A DNA stretch of 64,000 nt from Chiloscyllium plagiosum (Eukaryota), in assembly GCF_004010195.1 (NCBI RefSeq), contig NC_057728.1, positions 42,575,484-42,639,483 of the forward strand. The letters run 5' to 3'. Positions 25,111-36,244 of this stretch are shown in pieces. The notes under the pieces were generated by a model. It had not been told where the DNA came from and ran no database searches. It saw only the letters and a program-made list of their open reading frames with translations. Position 1 is the first letter of the stretch, and each line of letters starts with the position of its first letter. The position numbers were made by a program, and so were the translations under genes.

Positions 25111-26856
25111 AACACTTGATTCTAAGTACACATGAATTCCTAATTAATGCCCACCACTTTTTCATTGCATGTCTAATGTACGCTTTGACTTCCTCTGTGA
25201 AAATACCTTTTTTTTATGACACAACCTACCCAATTGTAATTTTAGAAGTCAGGCAATATTTCCTGTTTCCATTTAGTGGTTTTGTTCATAGAACCCCCAA
25301 AATCTGTCCTTGGACCTTTTGTTTTCTTTGACTACATACTTCTTGAGTAATATTACCTTCTTATTAATACCCTCTCTTCCCCAGATTTTTAAAACCTCTT
25401 CTAATGAAGATTTTCATCAACTCGGCTTAATACCTTCTCCTTTGGCTTATTGTTAATTTTTTTTTAGTTCTTCTGATTTTCTGAAATACTTTGGGACTTC
25501 TTAAAATTAAAGATGCTTTATGGGTCGAACTTACTGGTTGCTGGTAGTGGCCTGATACAAGGGGGAATTGTTATGGGAGCAACCATGTTCCAGACATTTT
25601 TGGAAGTTCGATTTTACTTCCTTGACCATCAGGCAGTTCTGGCATCTCTCTGCCATCAGGCACTGGCTTTCTGTTGGGGATTCTATCCCCTCAAAGAGCA
25701 GTAACCACTGCTTGAACCTTGATTCAGACCAGCCATTATGGAGGAATGCTTGGAATTTGTGGGGTTTATCTGGGGAGCCAGCATGGGTAGGGTGGAGTGG
25801 CTTTGTTGTGAGGGGAAGAGGCGGGGTTCTTATCAATAGGACCAACCTTTGCCTCTGGTGAAGGCTCACATCCTCAAACTCACGAGGAGGCAACCAGCTT
25901 TTGCAATATAGCTTACATCTCCTTCACAACTGGTTAAATTTTAATGTAGATGGGATGACTGGAATTTTCTACTTTGAGGCCTCAATTTTCCTGCAGGCAG
26001 GAAGATGGTCCTTTACATTTGCTGCACTGAGTTTTTTTGCAACAAACTGGGGAGAAGACAGGATTTTATTCCTCTACCTTTTCCTCCAATTGTACAGTGC
26101 CCCTCCAACCCTCACACATACCATCTTACAGCCTGTTCCCAATTAAGGAAAAGGTTACTTTCCACCCGATTACTGTAATGTGTTGTACTTGGTGAACTTA
26201 CCAAACTGGCAGTTGTAATCAATTTTAATGCCCAAACTTTAAACTTAGAAATGTGCCTCAACCAAGGTGAACTCTCTTACTCTTTCTGACATACATTATA
26301 GTCCCCAGCTCAGACACTTGGCTATCAGTATGCCTTTGCTGGAATGCTTCCTATCAACCCTCTAGGAGCTCAAATGCTGTCCTTAATTGAATGGTTTGAG
26401 TGTCTGACACTGATGTGATATGATGAGATGTGAAGTTGTGAACACTAATTGAAAATTCAGGCCCTTGAATGCTTAGGAGACAGGATTTGTGAGAAATCTA
26501 ATGAGTAATCTAATTATACCATTGTATTTCCTTTAAAATATAGGACCATTTGTGAGAAAGGATAAACCGACTACCTTTCAATCACACTTGTTACTTATCA
26601 GGAATAGAACTGTTTGCTCTTTATATTATCCCATTTGACAAATCATAGGGTATTGTGGATCACTGTTTCTCATGACTGCGTTTTAACAAAGCATAACAAA
26701 ACATATTATCTCCCAGCAATTTCATAGAGTCATAGAGTTTTACGTAAAGTAAATTTGTTTTACGTAAAGTAAAACGTCATTGAGGAGCTTCTTGGATTTT
26801 TAAAGCATTACATAAAATCACAGGTTAATGCAATATGTTTTATTATTTTCTTTCAG

Positions 26857-26974
26857 AAAGCAGCATGGTTATACGATACAGAACAATGTGTGAATATAGA
26901 TATGAGGCCTGCGCTAGTCCTTGCATTAAAACATGCAGTGACCCACACGCAATAGCCTGCAAATTTCTTTCACC
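26857..26974 (+). CDS. OTOGL: OTOGL exon, TIL-like: ESSMVIRYRTMCEYRYEACASPCIKTCSDPHAIACKFLSP
   Basis: Acceptor tttcag|AA, donor CACC|gtaagt, phase 1-2. CEYRYEAC..PC.KTC motif. Confidence 0.92.
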
Positions 26975-27169
26975 GTAAGTATCTGTGAACTTTATAAATG
27001 TGAAAAATGTAGGAGTTAATAATTATTATTTGTACTTACATAATTGAATCTAATGTAAAACACAACCTTTGTTTGTTTATTTGATATATATATATATATA
27101 CATATATATAAAATCCACAGGTTATTTTGAAAATGTAGTCTGTATGTATTCCATGATCCATGTTTGAAG

Positions 27170-27590
27170 GTTACTCAATTGGGGACCAGAAGGCATCCTT
27201 TGTAAACAAGGTTGCAACTCCCACATGTTATGATACCTTCTTGGTGTCAGGGCAGGGGCCATCACAAATGGAATGGATGTTGGAGACAGAAGGGAAGGAT
27301 TCAATCATTGTGGCCCAAGCTGGGATCAACAATAGAGGAGCAAAACAGGGAATCCTGCTTTGGTAGTTTTAGGGTTCTAAATTAAAGAACTAGAAACCAA
27401 GGCTTGTAATCTCCAGATTATTACCCAAGCCATGTGGAAGTTGTCATTAGGATAGGGAGGTTAATAAGGTGACCACATGACTGAATAGAGTGTGAAAGTG
27501 GGGTTTCATTTTATGAAAAGCTGGTGGTAGTATGTGACCTGTATCATTGGGATGGGTTCCACCTGAACCTGGGAAGTAATTTTTCCTGCA
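27170..27590 (+). mobile_element. CR1 ORF1 (SGNH esterase-like) remnant
   Basis: IIVAQAGINN (resembles V.VH.GTND) and DGFHLN motifs. Confidence 0.5.
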
Positions 27591-27755
27591 GGATTTTAAA
27601 AGGCATGTAGGTGTGATGAGTATTGTGGGGGAGAGAGAACTCAGGTGGGAAAGTTAGTTCAAATTATAGTTCTGAAATGAAAGGGCAGAGTCCTCCTTAT
27701 TTTCAAAGTGTTGTATGTCCCATCCCTTCCCTAATTCTATAAGCAGTTGGAGACC

Positions 27756-27757
<2 letters not shown>

Positions 27758-27786
<29 letters not shown>
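27758..27786. repeat. Poly(C) tract, 29 nt
   Basis: Direct reading. Confidence 0.95.
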
Positions 27787-27789
27787 ACC

Positions 27790-28090
27790 CTACCTGGAAT
27801 CTTAGTGTTCCCCTGATTTTAGCCTTTTGAACATCTACACCATTAGCAGCCATGCCTTCAGCTGCCAAAGCCTCAAGCTCTGTAATTCCCTTCATAAACT
27901 TTGACACCCCCTACCTCTCTTTCATCCTTTAAGACCCACCTTGAAACCAACTTCTTTAACCAAGCTTTTGATCATCTGTTCTCATATTTCCTGATGTGGC
28001 TCGTTGTTAAATTTTGTTTGATAATACTCCTGTGAAATAACTTGGGGAATGTTTACTCTATTGAAGGGCTATACAAATACATAATGCTGT
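27790..28090 (+). mobile_element. L2-clade LINE 3' tail
   Basis: Plus-strand counterpart of 4190-4400 (gccttcagctgcc..ctctgtaattccc..., gctatacaaat). Confidence 0.55.
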
Positions 28091-28989
28091 GGTCAGAAAT
28101 TGTGTTTCTGATCCAATAGTACAGTACAGTAAAAAAGCTGAAAGACATAAACTAATTAAAACAGGAGAGAGAAACATATGAGTAAAACATTAGAGTGGCC
28201 CAAGTAACTGTGCTTTATACCGAGAACTTCACCTTGGGGGAAGTAGCATTGTAACAACTACTACGGCGATCAAGTGGAAATCAAATGTATCAGGTAATAC
28301 ACTTATAGGAAAGATATGGATTATGGGAAAGAAACCTTAGTAGGAAATGTGGACTGGAAATTTTATTTGGGTTTGGAGTTGGGACTTCATATGCAAATGA
28401 CCACATATTCAATTTTTTGGAGAGAATTCTTCCCTCTGTTTGCCTGAACCTGCATCATTTTAACTTGATACTTTTACAGGTTGATAATGCTTCCTGTACA
28501 AATCGAGTGCCCAATATATAATAGTGTTACGAAAATCACATTCAGGAAGCCTGGCTCTTTTCATTGACACCTCTTTTTTTTGCAACTGGCCAAAAGTATG
28601 CCTTCTCTATTGGATCACAAAGAAATTATAAAGCACAGCGAACTTCCATTTTGTTTTTGGCAACAGTACTATCAAATGCTGCCTGAGAGCAAATTGAATG
28701 TCTGGCAGGGGCAAGGCAAAGGAAGTGGATTTGCTTAAAGCAACATCCAGTACTTCTGAACATCAGCACTCCTCTACTTTTAAGATCAGCCTCAGCAATA
28801 AGAGAAATACTTTATAAATGGGCCATTTAGATTGAGAGCAGTCCCATCACATCTGCCATTTACAAAGGCACAAGTGGAGAAGCAACAGGAATAGCAGGTT
28901 GAAATGTTGCACTTGCCATATACTTGGCTCTTACTTGGCTCTAAGACAGAGGAGTACCATGATTTCCAAGTACTTATAAGAAGGAGATA

Positions 28990-29460
28990 TGGAATATTGA
29001 GGAACTGGCCACTCGAGAGCCTATACGAGAACAGGGTAAGCTATCTCAAAATGCCTGAGACACAACGTCGGAGTAGGTGGTCCTGACAAGTGGTAGATGG
29101 GCTTTGGAACCTTTCCTGAGAAGGCTTCCAGCCAAAGGGAAATCAGAGGAATTATGCTTCTGGTGACATGGAGGTGAATATGAGTCCCAATTTCTTTAGA
29201 ATCGATTCTCTCCAAAGCTTTGCATGTGATCTCTGTGGGATCTCACAGTCCAAAGCTCACAGGCATGTCCATGAGCTAACTAATACCCTTTTCTGCCAGA
29301 GTGGGCTACTTCATCTCATTCATCACAGACGTTGCTGCCCATACATAGAGGTGTCTTGTTCCAAAGATTTATCCAGAATGTTGATAACTGCATGTTTATA
29401 GCATTAAAGGCTTCCGATGTAAATGCTGTGATCACCACAAAAGATTTTTACTTGTCTGTA
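28990..29460 (+). mobile_element. PIF/Harbinger (HARBI1-like) transposase remnant
   Basis: YENRVSYLKMPETQRRSR; NFFRIDSLQSFACDLCGISQSKAHRHVHELTNTLF; QNVDNCMFIALKA resembles the IDCTH catalytic-Asp block. Confidence 0.6.
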
Positions 29461-29499
29461 TCTGCTTCACTACCCTTCCTGCTAGTTGGGAAGATATGC

Positions 29500-30075
29500 T
29501 TCATTATGCAAGGTACTGGTGAGACCACATCTGGAGTACTGTGTACAGTTTTGGTCACTCTATTTAAGGAAGGATATCAATGCATTGGAAACAACTCAAG
29601 AGGGGTTTTACCAGACTAAATTCTGGAAAGTCTTATGAGAAAGGTTGGACAGATTAAGGCTTGTATCTGCTAGATATAGAAAAGGAAGAGGTGACTTGGC
29701 TGAAGCATACAAGATCCTGAGGGATCTCGACAGTCTACATGTGGAGACAATGTTTCCTCTTATGGAAGAATCTAGAAGTGAAGGTTACTGGTTAAAAGCA
29801 AGGGGTCACCAATTTAAAGTTGACATGAGGCCCAAATGTTTTCTCACAGAAGACATTGGGTTTCTTCCTGAAAAGAAGGCAGAAGAGTTTATTTGTGTGT
29901 TCTAAGACAGTGGTGAATAGCTTTTTTGCTAAATGGCGGGTGGCAGGTGTGAAAAGGTTATCAGCAGCAGGCATTCGAATGTGAACTTGTGGGTTGCAAT
30001 AAAAGTAGCCATTATTGGGATGGCAGAGCAGTCTCAAGGAGCTGAAAAGCCTGCTTCTGATCTGATAATTATGTT
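29500..30075 (+). mobile_element. CR1 LINE 3' fragment
   Basis: [14 protein letters not shown] at ~29516. ORF 29645..29905 (RGDLAEAYKIL). Confidence 0.8.
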
Positions 30076-30552
30076 TCTGTTAATGCTCTGACTTGATGCA
30101 ATGTTTTCCACTCTTGGCCACTTCTACATAGTGCTCCCTTGGTGTCACAGAGGAGGCAGAGGCAGGCTGCTCATGCCTCTGAATATATGACTGTAAAGGA
30201 AGCTGGCCATGTGCTGGAACTATCCTCACTTGAACATGACTAGCAGATGGAGCTCCTGTCTTTTGTGCTAAGGTATCAGAAGATGGAGATGTTCCTTTCA
30301 AAAATAAGGAGCTTTCAGTCTCTTCTTTTGAATTCTGAGCCCTTGGGATGGTATCACAATGACCAGTTGGCCTGTGGTGCTGAGCCTCTGCTGCCAACTC
30401 TATATTGTCAGCATCAGTGTAATCTCTTTTAGTGGCTGTAGCTCCTTTCCTATTACCGCAATGGAGCAAGTGCCACTAAGCAGGAAATTTAGCACTGGGT
30501 TAGTGGTGCTGGAAGAGCACAGCAGTTCAGGCAGCATCCAAGGAGCAGCGAA

Positions 30553-30587
30553 ATTGACGTTTCGGGCAAAAGCCCTTCATCAGGAAT
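30553..30587 (-). ncRNA. Minimal hammerhead ribozyme core, apparently intact
   Basis: Minus strand CTGATGA-agggcttttgccc-GAAACGTC: both conserved boxes, stem II gggc/gccc and a GUC triplet. Stem I is weak. Confidence 0.6.
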
Positions 30588-30687
30588 AAAGGCAGTGAGC
30601 CTGAAGCGTGGAGAGATAAGCCAAGCTCCTCTAGCTTGTCTCTCCACGCTTCAGGCTCACTGCCTTTATTCCTGATGAAGGGCTTTT

Positions 30688-31326
30688 NNNNNNNNNNNNN
30701 NNNNNNNNNNNNNNNNNNNNNNNNNNNNNNNNNNNNNNNNNNNNNNNNNNNNNNNNNNNNNNNNNNNNNNNNNNNNNNNNNNNNNNNNNNNNNNNNNNNN
30801 NNNNNNNNNNNNNNNNNNNNNNNNNNNNNNNNNNNNNNNNNNNNNNNNNNNNNNNNNNNNNNNNNNNNNNNNNNNNNNNNNNNNNNNNNNNNNNNNNNNN
30901 NNNNNNNNNNNNNNNNNNNNNNNNNNNNNNNNNNNNNNNNNNNNNNNNNNNNNNNNNNNNNNNNNNNNNNNNNNNNNNNNNNNNNNNNNNNNNNNNNNNN
31001 NNNNNNNNNNNNNNNNNNNNNNNNNNNNNNNNNNNNNNNNNNNNNNNNNNNNNNNNNNNNNNNNNNNNNNNNNNNNNNNNNNNNNNNNNNNNNNNNNNNN
31101 NNNNNNNNNNNNNNNNNNNNNNNNNNNNNNNNNNNNNNNNNNNNNNNNNNNNNNNNNNNNNNNNNNNNNNNNNNNNNNNNNNNNNNNNNNNNNNNNNNNN
31201 NNNNNNNNNNNNNNNNNNNNNNNNNNNNNNNNNNNNNNNNNNNNNNNNNNNNNNNNNNNNNNNNNNNNNNNNNNNNNNNNNNNNNNNNNNNNNNNNNNNN
31301 NNNNNNNNNNNNNNNNNNNNNNNNNN
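30688..31326. other. Assembly gap (N run)
   Basis: Direct reading. Confidence 0.99.
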
Positions 31327-32299
31327 TCTTTAACCATGTGGGAAGGGAAATTGCGGTCTCTAAATAAGGAGGCCATCTGGTGTGTTCTGTGGTGGAACTG
31401 GTCCTCCTGGGAGCAGATACGGCGGAGGCAGAGGAATTGGGAATACGGGATGGCATTTTTGCAAGAGGTAGGGTGGGAAGAAAATTTAGCATCTCTCATG
31501 TGAGTTGTTGCACCTCCTACATGCATGGTAGGGGTTCATCATGAGGTTGGCCACAGTCTCTACCATGGTCATCCTGCAGTTCCCACCATGAGACCTTGCT
31601 AAGGTCAGGAACATGACACCTTCCTCCATTCACTGTGATGTTAGTGCCCACTGACATTAATGTCATTGATGTACATGCTTACCCCATATTCTTTACCCCA
31701 TATTCTTCTTTCGGCACATGGGTGTTGTACACTTTGAAAATGCTTCCCAATATATCTCTATAAAAAACTCATCAGGTATATATTCCAGGGCTAATGATTA
31801 CTACCTTGTAAGGCATTGATTGTGCAATTTCGATTCCTTCTCCTGTCTGAGTTTGGACTTCGCTCCAACACCAAAGCTGATTAACCTATGAGAGAAATAT
31901 AGAAGGCAAACTAACACGACATCACCAAGACTAATGTTCGATTGAGTTGCAAGTACACTCAGAGAGTGGACCACTGAGGATCCCCATTGGTAATATGCCA
32001 TGGAAGCGGGAAACCATTAGACTTGCCCCACAATTTTATAAGCCCTCCTACCTCACAGCCCATCTCTAAAGGCCTGGAAAAATTATTTCCGACATGAAAA
32101 GAGGCAGATTCCAATTAATTTTTATACCTCACAATGATACATTTTGTAATCTAAAAGTAATTGATGTTTTGGTTTCTGTCGGGATTCTCCTACAATAAAA
32201 AGAACAACTTAAACATTCACTAATTATTGCAATATTAAGATACCTTCTTGATGTAATCCTTTTCACTGGTTTAAAAATACGTGCCCATTCCAAATGACG

Positions 32300-32520
32300 G
32301 TAAATTCACCATAGTCCCAGAGGACCATAGGACTACTCTCTTGTTAGAGAGAGATGACTGGTGGTGGCTTAATCTGAGGGTCACCACATCTCAGGTGAGG
32401 GTACTAGTTGAGAAGGTGGGACCTTCATGGAAACCTCAGCCAATGCAGAAATTGAATCTGCACTGTTGATGTCACTCTATATTGCAAATCGACCATCCGA
32501 CCAACTGAACTAACCACCAT
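32300..32520 (-). mobile_element. tRNA-derived SINE, family not assigned
   Basis: Minus strand starts ggttagttcagttggtcggatgg (A-box) with gattcaattct (B-box-like). Confidence 0.5.
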
Positions 32521-32744
32521 TCCCCCATTCAAATATATCATGAGTCTAACAGTTTATATCTGTAAGCCCCTCCTCCTTCATTTCAGTTAGTTACTGTCAT
32601 CAATTCACCAATTAACACTCTTCCCATCATTTCAATTTCATAGAATTCCTACAGTGTGGAAGCAGGCCATTTGACCCATTGAGTCCACACTAACCCTCCG
32701 AAGCTAACCCATCCCTTCGGAGGGTTTGTCCTATATAGTGTTTT

Positions 32745-33169
32745 GTGCAGTCCTTGCAAACAGGAAGACAGCTAACGATCCGCATCCATGAACATCAACT
32801 AGCCACGAAACGCCACGACCAACTATCCTTAGTAGCCACACACGCAGACGACAAGCAACATGAATTTGACTGGGACAACACTACCATTATAGGGCAAGCC
32901 AAAAAAAGAACAGCCAGGGAATTCCTAGAAGCATGGCACTCATCCATAAACTCCATCAACAAACACATCGACCTGGACTCAATATACCAGCCACTACAGC
33001 GGACAGCTGAAACTGACAACCGGAAGCGGCAGGGACAGGCCACTATAAATGCCGGAGGAAATACCACAGAAGCGCTTCACAGGAGGCTCCCAAGCACTGA
33101 GGATGTCACCTAGACAGGGGACGAAACGTTTGCAACAAAAATTTCCAGCTCAGCGAACAGAACCACAAC
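32745..33169 (+). mobile_element. Penelope-like element (Poseidon-type) 3' fragment with GIY-YIG C-terminal half
   Basis: ORF 32745..33113: QTGRQLTIRIHEH...HEFDWDNTTII...REFLEAWHS. Confidence 0.85.
33094..33133 (+). ncRNA. Minimal hammerhead ribozyme core
   Basis: gcaCTGAGGAtgtcacctagacaggggacGAAACGTTtgc: stem I gca/tgc, stem II gtc..cct/agg..gac, palindromic AACGTT in place of stem III. Confidence 0.65.
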
Positions 33170-33260
33170 CCTGAAGAAGGACTTATGCCTGAAATGACGA
33201 TTCTCCTGTTCCTTGGATGCTGCCTGACCTGCTGCGCGTTTCCAGCAACACATTTTCATC
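33170..33260 (+). mobile_element. Neptune-type Penelope terminal fragment starting at a hammerhead core
   Basis: cCTGAAGAaggacttatgcctGAAAtgacgattctcctgttcc, homologous to 54456-54545. Confidence 0.75.
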
Positions 33261-34265
33261 CCTGGTGCTGTGAGACAGCAATAGTTTTGTGCAGAAATAA
33301 AGTGGGTATTATAACCTGAAAAATACTTTTCTTGGGTCAGATTGAAATCTTAGAGTTGTTTTTCTGACCCAAACCCACGCATTTTCAGCTTTAACTGAGT
33401 CCGGAAGAAGGGCATGCAATCAACCATCTCCAAGGAAGCAGTTGGAAACTTTAAATAAGGTAATAATGAGACCACATACGTCAATACTACTCTAGTGTTA
33501 ACCTCAACTGTTAACTTTCATGTAAGGACTTGGTTGATTTCGAAGTTGCATGCCTTCACCTTTGCTTCCTGGATCTGTGCTTCTGCAATCAAGTGCTTCC
33601 CAATGACCTTCTCAATAAGGCATCAAAACTCACCACGAGGCCTCTGATTCCCTAGATCCAATCTCTGAACTCCATCTGACATATTCCTGATGCATTTAAC
33701 ACAAAGGTCCCCTTATGGTTGCAATCTACTCCTCCAAGAGATCTCCAACCTTCCTCAGCAAGTCTGGTTATCTCCCCTCCTCTCCATCAAAACCCCCTCC
33801 AATCACCTCCCCAGTTGAACTGGTCACTTTTTCTTCACCCCTCTCATTCTCATTTGTTTCATATCTCCCAATTCCCATACAACTGAACTGCCTCTGATTT
33901 TCCCTTCCACATCCCACCAAATTCATGGATCCAATCTGCACCTCCTTGGTGTGGACCTACCTGTTGTCACTAAATGGTTCCCTGCCTGACTGGAACTTAG
34001 TGGTGGAACTCTGTACTATTCAGGAAAATCCCAGATTATGGACATCTTTCAGGTCGACCTGTTTCCTCTGGGTCAGATAGGTAAAACAGGGTTCCAAAGT
34101 GCTTTCAAATGGAAGAGAAAAACGCCTGAGACATTATTCAGTAATTGAAAGAGACTTATCAACAGGTTACTCAGCTGCTGACCCAGCCAGAATTGCTGCA
34201 TGGCCCAGAGATACTAAATAAACTGTAGAGAGAACCTAAAGAGCCCTTCTGTTTTTCTCATGCAG

Positions 34266-34345
34266 GGTTGAAGGATGTTTGGTGCATTGCCCAAAGAACA
34301 TGCTTCTTGATGAAGCCACACACAGATGTGTTTACCTGGAGGACT
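34266..34345 (+). CDS. OTOGL: OTOGL exon: [27 protein letters not shown]
   Basis: Acceptor tgcag|G, donor GACT|gtgagt, phase 2-1. VEGC..CP..M.LDE...CV..DC motif. Confidence 0.92.
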
Positions 34346-34769
34346 GTGAGTGTCTCAGTTTGTTTAATTTGAAGCTTTTGTGCATGTTGTTTTATGTGAA
34401 TAACATTGAGACATAAAAGAGCCAGAGAAGAACACCAATAATAAACATTTAGCACTTCTGGGTTAGTTACTTTTTAACTCAACGTTAGTGCTCTGAAAAT
34501 TTCAGGCTGCCCTTGCCTCCCACATTCACAGTGCATTTGATTTGAGTACAGATTACAAAACTAGTTGTTACTTTTTTCTTCTTACGTTATGCTTAACACT
34601 ACGGGTAATAAACAGCGAAATGATACTGGGAAATATCAAATAATGAAGATGAAGTCAAATCACATCAACTACTGTTTTGATAACGTATTACTCTCATATG
34701 AATAAGTTAATACTAATTTAAGGAGTTCAGTGAAAAGTGATTACATCCAAAAGGACACATTTTGTCAGA

Positions 34770-35230
34770 AATGAAAGCAGAAACTGCTGGGAATCAGTTC
34801 TGAAGAAGGGTCACTGGACCCGAAACATTAATTCTTGCTTCCTGTTCACAGATGCAGCCAGACCTGCTGAGTTTTCCACGAAATTTCTGTTTTTGTTTCT
34901 GATTTCCAGCATCCACCTTTCTTTGTTTTTTTTTATTGGCACATTTAGTTAGTCAGCCTAAGGGTATATCCTCAAGGGCTCATAACTGGTATAAGGAAAA
35001 TAACTGTATTACATAACTTAAAAGGCAAAATACAGAATCTGAAACAAATGCAGAGAATGCTGGAGAAAATCAGATCTGGTAGAATCTGTGGAAAGAAATA
35101 GAGTTATTGTTTCGAGACTGGTATGATTCTTAGTGACAGCAATATCTGACTCAAAATGCTAACTCTGTATCTCTCTTCACAGGTACTGCCAGACATGTTA
35201 ATTTTCTCTAGCATTCTCTGTTTTTGTTAT
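34770..35230. mobile_element. Two decayed Penelope-type terminal fragments; the second (35042-35228) is an imperfect inverted repeat
   Basis: CTGAAGAagggtcactggacccGAAAc at 34800. cagagaatgctggagaaaat at ~35051 is complementary to attttctctagcattctctg at ~35201. Confidence 0.6.
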
Positions 35231-35363
35231 TGTACTTGTTTTAACAATGTGTAAAAGGAAATATGTCAACTTCAATAGAAGCAATGGAAAAAGATAATAT
35301 TCATTTATTGAGTTTGAAGAATTTGTATCTGTGAATGATATATTAATTGTTTATTTTTAACAG

Positions 35364-36244
35364 GTATTAATGTCACTGCAACCGATTTACCTTATATATT
35401 GCCAACTACAACAACGCCTGTGATGACAGAGAAAGTATACAGTTCACTCACAACAGTAGTGTCTCCAACAGTAGGACAGAAAACAACTGCCATTTCAGAC
35501 CAATATGCAAGTATATCAACTCCACTGACAATGGTTCCAGTCACCACAACATCCTCAGTAACCACCTCAACATCAGCTTACACAACATCTTCTACAACTA
35601 CAGAACCTACACATTTAAGTTCTACAATGACCATCTCAACCTCTGTTGAGAGTTCCAGAACAACAAGTACCACAGCAGCAGTTACAAGTCAATCTAGAAC
35701 CCCCATTTATACTACGGAAAAAGTATTGCCTTCCACTTTAAGTGGTACTTTATTAACCACTGCTCCAAGCAACATATCTGACAGGATTACTTTCTCAACA
35801 CATAGTACAGCATCTACAGCTCAGGCAGCAACATCAGCAATTCAATACAGTACACTCACTGAGAGTACAAAAATGATAACAGTACAACAAACAACTGTGG
35901 GGAAGACTGAAATATCAACAGAAGAGGTCACCAGACGCTCTGTTACACCACTTACAACAACCAGTGTTACATTGCCTCCTGAATCAAGTGTTGGAACTGG
36001 GGCAGCACAAATCATACAATCAACAGCAGTGACTTCTCCAGTTACTTTCTCATCTACACGTGCTCAAGAGAAAACGACATCAGAAGCATCCTCCGCGTCA
36101 CAGACTTTTCCATTGAATCTGACATCAACTACTTCAGCAGCTACAATCAGTCCTCAATCAGAAACTGCAATTTCATTTGGTATCTCAGCTGCACCCTCTT
36201 ATTCCCAAACTGCAGCTCCATCAGTGACACCACCACAATGCATA
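35364..36244 (+). CDS. OTOGL: OTOGL large Thr/Ser-rich mucin-like exon (~293 codons), CINVTATDLPY...TPPQCI
   Basis: Acceptor taacag|GT is in phase with the preceding exon and in frame with ORF 35399..36259. Probable donor ATA|gtagga (weaker, so the 3' boundary is less certain). Confidence 0.85.

Larger units (their letters stand above)
30503..31482 (-). mobile_element. Penelope-like element (Neptune-type) with fold-back end, spanning an N gap
   Basis: SHPTSCKNAIPYSQFLCLRRICS on the minus strand after the gap. Hammerhead-bearing terminal repeat before the gap. Confidence 0.8.

Noticed and set aside
30527..31526. Long ORFs of 243-321 aa
   Set aside because: Their length comes from the N gap. 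The same applies to ORFs across 47895-48222.
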